In this document: positions 8,395-18,061 of the stretch, one piece after another
Layout of the letters: each line of letters begins with the position of its first letter
Numbering within the stretch: the stretch's first letter is position 1
Origin: a virus
Lineage: Duplodnaviria; Caudoviricetes
Reading direction: 5' to 3' (one strand)
Virus record (IMG/VR): IMGVR_UViG_3300010413_000038
Coordinates: 1 to 56,011 of that record
Length of the DNA stretch: 56,011 bases
Notes under the pieces: model-generated
Seen by the model: the letters and a program-made list of their open reading frames with translations, nothing else
Database searches by the model: none
What the model was told of the DNA's origin: nothing
Made by a program: the position numbers and the translations under genes

Positions 8395-8583
8395 ATGAAA
8401 GAAATTAGAGTTATAAGATATTCGAATGAATCAGGTTCAAGAGAGGGTGTTTATTTTACTGAAGATTTTGAAGTGTTAAATAGCGAAATTATACCTTATT
8501 GTTGTACGGTTAATTCAGATTTAATAATCGAAGTATCTGATTTTGATTTAAGTTTTCCATTGGATTATAATCTTGAAAGATAA
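8395..8583 (+). CDS. Hypothetical protein
   Basis: ORF after ECF-type promoter 8336. Confidence 0.65.
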   Translation: MKEIRVIRYSNESGSREGVYFTEDFEVLNSEIIPYCCTVNSDLIIEVSDFDLSFPLDYNLER

Positions 8584-8584
8584 C

Positions 8585-8639
8585 CCGCTAATTCTTAGCT
8601 GCACCGCCCCGGACTTGGTAACGAGCCGGGGATTTGGTG
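8585..8639 (+). ncRNA. Repeated structured intergenic element, copy 2
   Basis: CCGCTAATTCTTA followed by CACC-CCCCGG-CTTG-GTAA-CGAG-CCGGGG-GGTG. Confidence 0.6.
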
Positions 8640-8670
8640 GTATAAACTAACACTAAAAATTGAAATATAA

Positions 8671-9123
8671 ATGAAAGCAGAAAAAATTAGAATAGGAAAC
8701 TTTGTAAATCTTAAAAATTGGCAAGATGAAATAAGCTTTTTTGGGGAGTTCGATATTTCACAAAATGAATTGGATAAATTAGTAAAAACAGGTGATGGAA
8801 ATGCTAAAGTATTATCTATTACAAGTGAAGAAGTAGAGCTATTGGCATATGGTTGTGATTTATATTATTATAGTTACGCTGAAATATTGCCGATAAAAAT
8901 TACTGAAAAATGGCTTATTGATTTAGGGTTTAATAAATTCCCAGGAAGTGGACAATTATTCGACACTGATGATTTTTGGGCTGGAAGATTAATAAACGAT
9001 GGCTTTTTTGAGATTTCGCACTTAGAATTAACATTGAAATATGTTCATGATTTACAGAATGTATTTTTTGCGCTTACAGGTAGAGAACTTGAATTGAAAA
9101 ACGAATGTAGTACTTGTGCCTAA
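8671..9123 (+). CDS. Hypothetical phage protein
   Basis: RIGNFV..PIKITEKWLIDLGF..LKYVHDLQNVFFALTGREL pattern; ends in GCCTAAC followed by half of a 46-bp element. Confidence 0.75.
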   Translation: MKAEKIRIGNFVNLKNWQDEISFFGEFDISQNELDKLVKTGDGNAKVLSITSEEVELLAYGCDLYYYSYAEILPIKITEKWLIDLGFNKFPGSGQLFDTDDFWAGRLINDGFFEISHLELTLKYVHDLQNVFFALTGRELELKNECSTCA

Positions 9124-9150
9124 CAAAGCGATAAAATAAACTTTAATTAT

Positions 9151-9564
9151 ATGGATAACGAAGAAATATTAAAAAAAATAGCTCCTTATTTGCCTTATGG
9201 TTTACAATGTTACGGAGCTTCAGATGTCTGGACAATACATTCTATGGGAATAGAAAATATATCATTCTTTAATGGAATTATTTTACAAGAATGTTCATTT
9301 GATTATTTTTTTACAGATTATTCTCTATTATTTCGTCCCCTATCCGATCTAACGAAAGAGATTGAGGTTGATGGAAATAAAATAACACATTCATTTAATC
9401 TTTTTAACGTAAAAAATGACATAAAATGTGTTTATTTTATTAATACTATTAAAGATAAAACTATGTGTTTTTATCAAGCGGAGAGACTTTTAGAATGGCA
9501 TTTTGATATTTTCGGACTTATTGAAAAAGGGCTTGCAATTGACATTAATACTTTAAAACAATGA
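9151..9564 (+). CDS. Hypothetical phage protein
   Basis: APYLPYGL..LFRPLSDLTKEI..WHFDIFGLIEKGLAIDINTL pattern. Confidence 0.75.
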   Translation: MDNEEILKKIAPYLPYGLQCYGASDVWTIHSMGIENISFFNGIILQECSFDYFFTDYSLLFRPLSDLTKEIEVDGNKITHSFNLFNVKNDIKCVYFINTIKDKTMCFYQAERLLEWHFDIFGLIEKGLAIDINTLKQ

Positions 9565-9743
9565 GCTTACAATCACCTATATTAAGCCTTGAACTAGACA
9601 TTAAATGTTTAGAAATAGAGATAGAAAACTATCACCCTCCGATACAGAACTATGAAAAAGAATTAAATAATAAAAAAAGGATACTTAAAGAATTTAAACA
9701 GGCAGTTGAAATACTTAAATTTCGGAGTGAATTAAATAAATAA
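9561..9743 (+). CDS. Hypothetical protein
   Basis: ORF with coupled start/stop. Confidence 0.55.
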   Translation: MSLQSPILSLELDIKCLEIEIENYHPPIQNYEKELNNKKRILKEFKQAVEILKFRSELNK

Positions 9744-9747
9744 AAAA

Positions 9748-10509
9748 ATGGGATCATATAAAACAAAATTAATAAATGGGATTACTTATAAAGTAATAAA
9801 TTATATTGAAAATATGGAATTAATATTTCCAAATGATTCAATTTATATTGAATATGATAAGATTATTATAACTAAATCTATCAAATGTAAAAATATATAT
9901 ATTAAAGGCGACCAGATAGTTAAAGGCTACCAGATAGTTGAAGGCTACCAGAGAGTTAAAGGCGACCAGAGAGTTGAAGGCTACCAGAGAGTTGAAGGCT
10001 ACCAGATAGTTGAAGGCGACCAGAGAGTTGAAGGCGACCAGATAGTTGAAGGCTACCAGAGAGTTGAAGGCGACCAGATAGTTGAAGGCTACCAGATAGT
10101 TAAAGGCTACCAGATAGTTGAAGGCGACCAGAGAGTTGAAGGCTACCAGATAGTTGAAGGCGACCAGAGAGTTGAAGGCGACCAGATAGTTGAAGGCTAC
10201 CAGATAGTTGAAGGCGACCAGATAGTTAAAGGCTACCAGAGAGTTGAAGGCTACCAGAGAGTTGAAGGCGACCAGATAATTAAATCTATACAAATTAATA
10301 GTTATTGTAAATGGACTATAATTGTATATAGACAGACAATTAAAATAGGGTGTAAAGAAAAAACTACAGAAGAATGGGAATTATTTTTTAAAGACAATAA
10401 AACATATGAAACAGATATTAATTCGAAAGAATATTTAAAAATAAAATCAGCATTTGAAATGGCTAAATCGGCACAAAAGCATTTAATATTAATGAATACT
10501 AATAAATAA
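9748..10509 (+). CDS. Hexapeptide-repeat (beta-helix-like) protein
   Basis: 21 x [KE]G[DY]Q[IR]V; C-terminal IKIGCKEKT.EEW domain. Confidence 0.8.
   Translation: MGSYKTKLINGITYKVINYIENMELIFPNDSIYIEYDKIIITKSIKCKNIYIKGDQIVKGYQIVEGYQRVKGDQRVEGYQRVEGYQIVEGDQRVEGDQIVEGYQRVEGDQIVEGYQIVKGYQIVEGDQRVEGYQIVEGDQRVEGDQIVEGYQIVEGDQIVKGYQRVEGYQRVEGDQIIKSIQINSYCKWTIIVYRQTIKIGCKEKTTEEWELFFKDNKTYETDINSKEYLKIKSAFEMAKSAQKHLILMNTNK
9904..10281 (+). repeat. Coding tandem repeat, 21 x 18 bp
   Basis: (A/G)AAGGC(G/T)ACCAGA(T/G)AGTT. Confidence 0.95.
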
Positions 10510-10694
10510 TGGGATCATATAAAACAAAAGATAGAAAAGGTCAGGTTCATGAATTAATTATACCTGATCAGTTTGATGAAATGGTTAATAAGGAATTTGT
10601 ATTAGTATTTCCTATAATGGAATGCGATGATCCAGAATTATTACCTTATAATGCTTTTACAAGATTTTTGAAGGCTAAAGGGGTTAAATATTAA
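10509..10694 (+). CDS. Hypothetical protein with same first 7 aa as 9748 gene
   Basis: ATGGGATCATATAAAACAAAA at both starts. Confidence 0.65.
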   Translation: MGSYKTKDRKGQVHELIIPDQFDEMVNKEFVLVFPIMECDDPELLPYNAFTRFLKAKGVKY

Positions 10695-10768
10695 CGAATA
10701 GTAATATGGAAAATACGGCCTTAACGTATAAAATTTTATACTAGTACTAATTAAAAAATAAAAAAGTT

Positions 10769-11056
10769 ATGGGAATGTCAACCTATGTAACAGGCTTTGT
10801 TTCGCCTGAAAATGAAAATTACAAGAAACACGCAAAAGTATTAATAGCTTGTATTGAGGCAGGTATTTCAGAATTACCAAAAGAAACTGCTGAATATTTT
10901 GGTAGTAAATATTGTGAAAAATACCTACTTGAAGAAAAACTTATAGTAGAAATACCTAAACATGAATACTGTAATGAAAGTTCAGAAGGATATGAAATTA
11001 TAGTTTCTGAAATACCTGACGGTGTTCATAAGATTAGATTTGCTAATAGCTGGTAG
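10769..11056 (+). CDS. Hypothetical protein flanked by 16-bp inverted repeat
   Basis: ORF; AATTAAAAAATAAAAA 10749-10764 and its reverse complement at 11067-11082. Confidence 0.7.
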   Translation: MGMSTYVTGFVSPENENYKKHAKVLIACIEAGISELPKETAEYFGSKYCEKYLLEEKLIVEIPKHEYCNESSEGYEIIVSEIPDGVHKIRFANSW

Positions 11057-11409
11057 TGTGCGTATGTTTTTATTTTTTAATTGCTTAATTATTCACTACT
11101 TAACGAACGAATCGCAGTTATAAAATCTGTTTGTTGCTCAATTAATTGTAAGTCAGAAGCATGGTGTTATGGATGCAAAGTAAAACATGATTGTTAAAAA
11201 TTTAATTATGATATATTTATTAGGAATTACAAAAGCAGAAAAAGAAACATCTAACAAGGTTACAAGGCTATTTAAAAGTCTAAAAATACCTTTTAAAGAT
11301 GAAGTAGAACTCGAAAAATTTAGGTTTAATAGAGAAATTAAATTTAATAAAAATATATACTTTATGAGTAAAGATACTTATATGGCAATTATGAAATAAT
11401 TAATTAACT

Positions 11410-11622
11410 ATGAAAGAATCAATAAAAATATTACAGGAATTCGGTATAAAAAGAACCGAAGAAGAGCTAAAGAAATGGAATGATATTCCAGATAACTTAA
11501 AAGCTAAAGAAGTAATTGAATCAGAACAAAAAAAGATAGATGAATACAAACATGCTATCGAAATACTTGGATCAATTAATGATTTTTTTGAGTCATTTAA
11601 TAAAATAATGAATGATGATTAA
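11410..11622 (+). CDS. Hypothetical protein
   Basis: ORF. Confidence 0.55.
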   Translation: MKESIKILQEFGIKRTEEELKKWNDIPDNLKAKEVIESEQKKIDEYKHAIEILGSINDFFESFNKIMNDD

Positions 11623-11844
11623 ACAATATGATTACACTCTTTGCGACAAGGATTGCAAAGAAGTTAAAGACGGTATTTGTAAGATGCTAGGTATATTTCA
11701 TCTTAGTCAATGTACAGATGATAATGAGACCTGTAAAGCTTTAATTTTATAAAATAAATCGAAAAATAAATATAATATTTAGTGAAAATATCGAATAATT
11801 TACTATATTTGCATACACGATAATTTTTCATATACATCTATTTA

Positions 11845-11868
11845 GCTCCCTTGAAACGGGGAGTTTTT
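11845..11868 (+). terminator. Rho-independent terminator
   Basis: GCTCCCT-tgaaac-GGGGAGT plus T-tract. Confidence 0.7.
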
Positions 11869-11893
11869 GAGAAACTTAAAATAACAAAGTAAA

Positions 11894-12073
11894 ATGCATT
11901 TAATTAAGACATCAGAAAAAGTATTAGTATGGATGCATAGAAATAAAATTTCAGGAAGCAAAATAGCTGGTGAAATTGGTATAACTAGACAAGCATTCAG
12001 TCAAAAATTAGTAAATAATGTTTTTACACCTTTAGATATTCAAGTATTGAAAAAACTTGGGTTTAATGAATAA
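11894..12073 (+). CDS. Cro/XRE-like helix-turn-helix protein (59 aa, absent from ORF track)
   Basis: SGSKIAGEIGITRQAFSQKL HTH; directly upstream of replication genes. Confidence 0.7.
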   Translation: MHLIKTSEKVLVWMHRNKISGSKIAGEIGITRQAFSQKLVNNVFTPLDIQVLKKLGFNE

Positions 12074-12096
12074 TTTTTTTTCTTTAACAATTAACA

Positions 12097-12870
12097 ATGT
12101 TAAGCATGGCAAAAGATAAAAATAGCTTTATTCTATATAAAGACACAATACATACGTTAAAAATGTTAACAGACGTTCAACGAGGTCAATTAATGTTAAT
12201 AATATTTGAATATGTCAATGATTTAAATCCAGAAGTTAATGATCCTGTTTTAAAAATAGTTTTTGAACCAATCAAACAATCATTAAAGCGAGATTTAAAA
12301 AAATATGAAAACAAAAAAAAACAATGGTCTAATGCTGGTAAAGCTAGTGCTGAAGCAAGGTTGAAGGCTAAACAACAAAAGTTAACGTCCGTTGACGAAT
12401 GTAAACAATCGTTAACGGTTTCAACTGTAAGTGTAAGTGATAGTGTAAGTGATAGTGTAAGTGATAGTGTAAGTGATATAAATAATAATATATTTAATTT
12501 TAAAAAATCTCTTTTAGATTTAGGAATTGAAAAACAAATAGTTTCTGATTGGTTAAAAGTAAGAATGAAGAAAAAATCATCTAATACAGAAACGGCATTT
12601 AAAAAAATTAAAGAACAAATTGATAAAACAAATCTTTCAGCAAATGAATGTATAAAAATTGCGGTGGAAAATAGTTGGGCTGGGTTTAATCATGAATGGG
12701 TAAAAAAATATAAAATTAATAGCTTACCAGAAAAAAAACTAACATCTTTTAGGATAAAACATCATTATTCAGGCACATTAAGAACCATACAAGCAGAAAC
12801 GCAAGAAGAAGCATTTGAAATATTTAGTAAGCAAACAGGGGCGATGATCGAAGATTTAAAAATTCAGTAA
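12097..12870 (+). CDS. Replication initiator / replisome organizer (DUF6291-like N-terminus)
   Basis: KNSFILY.D....L..LTD.QRG.L...IFEY pattern, low-complexity linker, C-terminal WLKVR.KKK..NT.TA..W.GF; precedes primase-helicase. Confidence 0.7.
   Translation: MLSMAKDKNSFILYKDTIHTLKMLTDVQRGQLMLIIFEYVNDLNPEVNDPVLKIVFEPIKQSLKRDLKKYENKKKQWSNAGKASAEARLKAKQQKLTSVDECKQSLTVSTVSVSDSVSDSVSDSVSDINNNIFNFKKSLLDLGIEKQIVSDWLKVRMKKKSSNTETAFKKIKEQIDKTNLSANECIKIAVENSWAGFNHEWVKKYKINSLPEKKLTSFRIKHHYSGTLRTIQAETQEEAFEIFSKQTGAMIEDLKIQ
12381..12477. repeat. Iteron-like repeats inside initiator gene (candidate origin)
   Basis: GTTAAC/GTTGAC/GTAAAC/GTTAAC at 10-bp period (12381-12416); 4 x AGTGTAAGTGAT (12430-12477); AT-rich tract after. 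Confidence 0.55.
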
Positions 12871-14736
12871 TTGTATATGCAAGTAAATGGATTTGAAATA
12901 TCAAAATTTAATATTCACAACATACCTGAAGGTGTAAAATATCATACCTGCCCTTTGTGTAGTGAATCAAGGAAAAAGAAAACTCAAAAATGTTTATCTG
13001 TTTTTTGGGATACAGGAATGGCATCTTGCGCTCATTGTGGTGAAGTAGTTCAGCTTCATGAATGGAAAAAGAAAGATAAACAGGAGGATTATAAGATACC
13101 AGAATGGAAAAACAATACAAAATTATCAGATAGATTAATTAAATGGTTTGAGGGAAGGGGTATAAGTCAGTTTGTTTTGAGATTAATGAAAATATCTGAA
13201 GGAATTGAAAATATGCCGGATAAACAAACAAATACATGGAAAGAAAAAAATACAGTCCAATTCCCTTATTATCGTTACGGTGAAATAATAAACATTAAAT
13301 ATCGTACAGGAGCTAAAGAGTTTAAATTATACAAGGATTCTGAGAAGATAACCTATAATTTAGATAGATTAATAGGTCAGGAAATAATATACATGTGTGA
13401 AGGAGAAATTGATGTTTTATCAATAATGGAGGTTGGAATATATAATGTTGGAAGTTGCCCGAATGGGTTCACAAAAAATACAGTTAATTTAGATTGGATT
13501 AATAACGATGTGGAACATTTTATAAACGCAAAAAAAATAATTTTGTGTTTTGATAATGATATACCCGGTGAAAATGGTAAAAGAGAATTTATACGTAGAT
13601 TTGGAGCTCATAAATGTTATACTGTCGATTTAAAAGGAGAAAAAGATGCTAATGATTTTTTGATTAAATATGGTAAAGAAGAACTAAGAAAAGTACTTGA
13701 AAATCATATTGAAATACCGTTAGAAAATGTAAGCACGTATAATGATTTTAAAGAAGAAGTTAGAGATTTCTTTCTAAATGGAATGCCTAAAGGTTTTCAA
13801 ACAGGTAATTTAATAGGATTAGATAATAATTTTAGTGTTAATTCATCTCATTTAGTGTTAGTTACAGGAATCCCGACATCTGGGAAAAGTGAAGTTGTTG
13901 ATCAAATAACTGTAGGTTATTCTATAAAACATAAAATTGACACAGCATATGCAAGCGTTGAAAATAAACCAAATAGCTTGCATTTATCTAAATTAGTCAG
14001 AAAATTAAACGGGATAACACCTAGACATAAACAAGACTTTAATGATTCGTTTATTGAAGTTGAAAAATATGTGGATAGGCATTTCCATTTTATTGATTTA
14101 GAGGGGAGTTATGATTTAGAAAGAGTTCTTTTAAAAGCTGAAGAACTTGTTTATAGAAAAGGAATAAAATGTCTTGTAATTGATCCTTATAATAAAGTTC
14201 AATATAAGGGTGAAGTTCCAGGAATAACTGGTAATAGAATAAATGATTACACAAATAAATATCTTAGTTTATTAAACGAATTTGCGACTAAATTAGATAT
14301 AATAATTTATCTTGTAGCTCACCCAGTTAAAATGAATAAAATGGATAATGGTAAAAGAGCTATCCCTGATTTTTACGATGTTAAAGGAGGCGGAGAATTT
14401 TATGATATGTGTCATCATGGATTAGTTGTACATCGTGATTACAATTTAGATTTGACATTGATTAAAGTTTTAAAATGTAAATTCGCACATCTTGGGACTA
14501 ATCAGGCAGAAGCTTATTTTAAGTATAATACTAACAATGGAAGATTAAATGATATAACTGGATCTATCGATGAACCTGAAGGGATAAGTTGTGATTATGA
14601 TAATACTAACTGGATAACAAGAGACTATAATAAAGTTGAACAACCAGAAATTGATTATTCAAACAATGATTTAATTGCAGATAATGAAGAGTGGTTTAAT
14701 AAAGAAAATAGAGAAATAGATGAAGCCCCTTTTTAA
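12871..14736 (+). CDS. Primase-helicase (T7 gp4/Twinkle-like)
   Basis: Zn finger CPLC..CAHC; TOPRIM CEGEID, FDND.PG, KDAND; SF4 Walker A GIPTSGKS, VIDPYN, VAHP. Confidence 0.92.
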   Translation: MYMQVNGFEISKFNIHNIPEGVKYHTCPLCSESRKKKTQKCLSVFWDTGMASCAHCGEVVQLHEWKKKDKQEDYKIPEWKNNTKLSDRLIKWFEGRGISQFVLRLMKISEGIENMPDKQTNTWKEKNTVQFPYYRYGEIINIKYRTGAKEFKLYKDSEKITYNLDRLIGQEIIYMCEGEIDVLSIMEVGIYNVGSCPNGFTKNTVNLDWINNDVEHFINAKKIILCFDNDIPGENGKREFIRRFGAHKCYTVDLKGEKDANDFLIKYGKEELRKVLENHIEIPLENVSTYNDFKEEVRDFFLNGMPKGFQTGNLIGLDNNFSVNSSHLVLVTGIPTSGKSEVVDQITVGYSIKHKIDTAYASVENKPNSLHLSKLVRKLNGITPRHKQDFNDSFIEVEKYVDRHFHFIDLEGSYDLERVLLKAEELVYRKGIKCLVIDPYNKVQYKGEVPGITGNRINDYTNKYLSLLNEFATKLDIIIYLVAHPVKMNKMDNGKRAIPDFYDVKGGGEFYDMCHHGLVVHRDYNLDLTLIKVLKCKFAHLGTNQAEAYFKYNTNNGRLNDITGSIDEPEGISCDYDNTNWITRDYNKVEQPEIDYSNNDLIADNEEWFNKENREIDEAPF

Positions 14737-15091
14737 AAATATAGAAAGTTATCAACATTATTTTGCAAAAGTTGTGTTGAGAAATTGGTTATTAACAAAC
14801 AACAAATTAACACCTTATAATATTGTTAAGATAGTAATAGAGAGAGAATTTTGTATTGGTGGATTTGTATATTTTAAGCCAGATCTAACATTATATGATC
14901 ATGATGGAGTAAAAGCATTTTATGAAGTAACAAAGACAAATCCAATAACCTTAAATAAAATAGATAAAATGAATGAATTTAGTAAAATACATAAATGGAA
15001 TTTTAACACATATGAAATAAAAGCATCATGGATTATGGATCAAACAAGGATTCCTAACAAATTAAAAATAATAAGAACAATAAACTTTTAA
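14720..15091 (+). CDS. PD-(D/E)XK nuclease-like protein
   Basis: KPDLTL...FYEVTKT. Confidence 0.5.
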   Translation: MKPLFKNIESYQHYFAKVVLRNWLLTNNKLTPYNIVKIVIEREFCIGGFVYFKPDLTLYDHDGVKAFYEVTKTNPITLNKIDKMNEFSKIHKWNFNTYEIKASWIMDQTRIPNKLKIIRTINF

Positions 15092-15095
15092 CATT

Positions 15096-15299
15096 ATGGA
15101 AAAAATGACTCAAAAACAACAGATACTTGAAGCATTACAAGAAGGATTTCATTTAAGCAAATTACAGATGCTTCAGAGATTTAAAGTATGGAATTCCGGG
15201 CATGTAATATTTAAGCTTCGAAAAGAAGGACATGATATAAAAACAACGATGGTTAGAAATGAATTATCAGGGAAGTATTTTGCAACTTATCATTTTTAA
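15096..15299 (+). CDS. Small winged-HTH protein
   Basis: TQKQQILEALQEG..IFKLRKEGHDIKT..ATY pattern. Confidence 0.65.
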   Translation: MEKMTQKQQILEALQEGFHLSKLQMLQRFKVWNSGHVIFKLRKEGHDIKTTMVRNELSGKYFATYHF

Positions 15300-15337
15300 T
15301 GGTAAAATGCGTTTTAATGCATTTTAATCGATTGTTA
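15297..15337. repeat. Truncated copy of the 46-bp attC-like palindrome
   Basis: TAAAATGC-gttttaat-GCATTTTAATC-gatt-GTTA with left box eroded. Confidence 0.7.
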
Positions 15338-15356
15338 AAATTTTTAAAAACAATAT

Positions 15357-15659
15357 ATGAATAATGTAGATACGTCAATTTTAGATAAATTAATAATTGA
15401 TTTTAAAAATAGATTTCCAGAAATTGATTATTTTACCCAAACTATTATAATTAACTTAACAAATCAGGCTTTTTGTTTAGGTTATGACTCTCACAATCAT
15501 AGATTTAAAGGTAGATCTAAAAAAGTAAGACGTGGTGATGGGAAGAAATATGAAAGTATACATAGAGCCGCAAAAGAAAACCTAATAAATGAAGATAATC
15601 TAAGAAAAGCAATTAAAAATAAACATAAATGTGCAGGGTATTATTGGAAAACATTATAA
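15357..15659 (+). CDS. Protein with C-terminal NUMOD1-like DNA-binding domain
   Basis: YESIHRAAKE..I....LRKAI....KCAGYYWK. Confidence 0.6.
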   Translation: MNNVDTSILDKLIIDFKNRFPEIDYFTQTIIINLTNQAFCLGYDSHNHRFKGRSKKVRRGDGKKYESIHRAAKENLINEDNLRKAIKNKHKCAGYYWKTL

Positions 15660-15731
15660 ACATGACTAAAATCATTGTTTTAATGTAACTTTTAGTTTTT
15701 TTTTACGTAAAAAAATAAATAAAATCTAAAC

Positions 15732-18059
15732 ATGAATTATACTGAATTCTTAGAAAATAAACAGCGAAAAATTATTCAATCAGGATTCGATATTGATGAA
15801 TCAAAATTAAATCCATTACTTTTAAATTTCCAAAAGTTTGTAATAAAAAGAGCATTAATGGCTGGTAAGTATGCCGTATTTGCTGATACCGGTTTGACTA
15901 AAACATTCATGCAACTTGAAATAGCTAATAAAACTAAAGAATTTACACATAAACCAGCTCTTATTTTATCTCCATTGGCTGTAACTGGACAAACTATTGA
16001 ACAGGGTGAAAAATTTAACATTGAAGTTAATAGATTAGATATTCGTAAGATAATGCCAACACAAGGAATATGGATAACAAATTATGAACAATTAGAAAAT
16101 ATAGACACTTCAGTATTTAGTTGCATTTGTCTCGATGAAAGTTCGATTTTAAAGAACGAAACAGGAAAATACAGAAACTTACTTATTGAAAAGTTTAAAA
16201 ATACACCTTACAAATTCTGTTTCTCAGCAACTCCGAGTCCTAACGATCCTATGGAGCTTGGTAATCATGCAGAATTTTTGGATGCAATGAAATATAATGA
16301 AATGCTTGCTATGTTTTTCGTTCACGACTCACAACAAACTCAGAAATGGAGGTTAAAAGGCCACGCAATAAAGCGTTTTTACGAGTTCGTTTCGACATGG
16401 TCTATTATGTTTTCTCATCCAAAAGATATTGGTTTTGATTTACCTGGTTTTGATTTACCTGAATTAAAAATAGAAGAAATTGAAGTTAAAACACCATTAC
16501 CAGAATGTCAATTGTTTCCTGGATTAGCTGTAAGTGCAACTGATTATCATAAATCATTGAGAGATACTGAGGAATTAAGAATAAAAGAAACAATTAGGAT
16601 AGTTCAATCAATACGAAAAACAGAGCAAATAATTATTTGGACTAAACAAAACCCAGAAGCAGCAAATATCTATAAACAGTTAAAAGCTTTAGGTTATGAC
16701 TGCAGAAACGTTCAAGGTTCAGATAGTCCAGATAAAAAAGAAAAAGATTTACTCGGGTTTGCACATAATGAATATCAGATTTTAATTACTAAAGAGTCTA
16801 TTGCCGGTATGGGTATGAATTATCAGAATTGCGGTTATCAGATATTTAATTCAATTGATTTTTCATTCGAGCAAACTTATCAGGCTTTAAGACGTTCGTG
16901 GCGTTTTGGTAGGAAAGAACAAGTAATAGCTTATATGATTACTACTGATAGAATGATTAATGTTTCAAAAATTCAACAAGACAAACAAAAACAATTTAAA
17001 ACTATGCAACAAGAAATGATTAATGCTGTAGATAGGAATTTGAACTATAAATTGACTGAAAACTTAGATTCATCAGATGATGTCAAAACAGATAGATTCT
17101 GGTGTATGAAGGGTGATTGCATAAAACGGTCAAAAGAAATTCCAGACAATACGGCTGATATAAGTATTTTTTCTCCTCCTTTTGCTGATTTATACACATA
17201 CTCAAATGCTATTGAGGATATGGGTAATGTATCAGATTATGAGGAATTCAGGAAACATTTTAAATATTTAGTTCCAGAATTAAAAAGGCTTATAAAACCA
17301 GGGCGAGTTATTTGTGTTCATTCAATGAATTTACCAACTTTAAAGAGTCGTGATGGTTATATTGGATTAAGACGTTTTAATTCGCTTATAGGTGATTTAT
17401 TTGAAGAAAATGATATGTATTTGCATTCTGAACACGCTATTTGGAAAGATCCATTATTAGCAGCCGTAAGAACAAAAACAAAGGGACTAGCCCACCAACA
17501 ACTTTTAAAAGATAGCGTTCAGGTAAGAACTGGAATATTTGATTTAATTCAATGCTTTAAAACTAAAGAAGAAAATGCAGTTCCGGTTGAACATAAATTA
17601 CTCGATTATTACATACCTATGCATGAGTATGATACTTTTCCGAAAACTATATACGATTTTAAGGAAATGTTATCGAAAAATCCAGATTTAATTGATAAAG
17701 AAAGTAAATATTCAATTGAAGAACAATATTCTCATCAGGTTTGGCAGAGATATGCAAGTCCAGTATGGATGGATATTAATCAAACAGATGTACTTAAATA
17801 CATGAATGCTAGAGATCAAAATGATGAAAAACACATTTGCCCTTTACAACTTCCAGTAATTGAACGATTATTATTGCTTTATTCAAACGAAAATGAAACT
17901 TGTTTTAGCCCATTTGGTGGTATAGGTTCTGAAGGTTATCAGGCTTTAAAATGTAACCGTAAATCTATTAGTATTGAATTAAAAGAATCATATTTTAATA
18001 TCAATGTAAAAAATCATAGATCAGCAATAGAACAAAATGGACAATTAACAATATTCTAA
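15732..18059 (+). CDS. SF2 (SNF2-like) helicase fused to amino (N4-C/N6-A) DNA methyltransferase
   Basis: DTGLTKT, LDESS, SATPSPND, QALRRSWRFG; then GDCI, FSPPF, HICPLQL, SPFGGIGS, IELK. Confidence 0.88.
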   Translation: MNYTEFLENKQRKIIQSGFDIDESKLNPLLLNFQKFVIKRALMAGKYAVFADTGLTKTFMQLEIANKTKEFTHKPALILSPLAVTGQTIEQGEKFNIEVNRLDIRKIMPTQGIWITNYEQLENIDTSVFSCICLDESSILKNETGKYRNLLIEKFKNTPYKFCFSATPSPNDPMELGNHAEFLDAMKYNEMLAMFFVHDSQQTQKWRLKGHAIKRFYEFVSTWSIMFSHPKDIGFDLPGFDLPELKIEEIEVKTPLPECQLFPGLAVSATDYHKSLRDTEELRIKETIRIVQSIRKTEQIIIWTKQNPEAANIYKQLKALGYDCRNVQGSDSPDKKEKDLLGFAHNEYQILITKESIAGMGMNYQNCGYQIFNSIDFSFEQTYQALRRSWRFGRKEQVIAYMITTDRMINVSKIQQDKQKQFKTMQQEMINAVDRNLNYKLTENLDSSDDVKTDRFWCMKGDCIKRSKEIPDNTADISIFSPPFADLYTYSNAIEDMGNVSDYEEFRKHFKYLVPELKRLIKPGRVICVHSMNLPTLKSRDGYIGLRRFNSLIGDLFEENDMYLHSEHAIWKDPLLAAVRTKTKGLAHQQLLKDSVQVRTGIFDLIQCFKTKEENAVPVEHKLLDYYIPMHEYDTFPKTIYDFKEMLSKNPDLIDKESKYSIEEQYSHQVWQRYASPVWMDINQTDVLKYMNARDQNDEKHICPLQLPVIERLLLLYSNENETCFSPFGGIGSEGYQALKCNRKSISIELKESYFNINVKNHRSAIEQNGQLTIF

Positions 18060-18061
18060 TT

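Noticed and set aside
9904-10281. CRISPR array
   Set aside because: Contiguous 18-bp units with no spacers, in frame within a protein, and no cas genes
9838-10293. Minus-strand ORF (LVAFNY repeats) and other minus-strand ORFs in the track
   Set aside because: Shadows of well-supported + strand genes with no recognisable motifs
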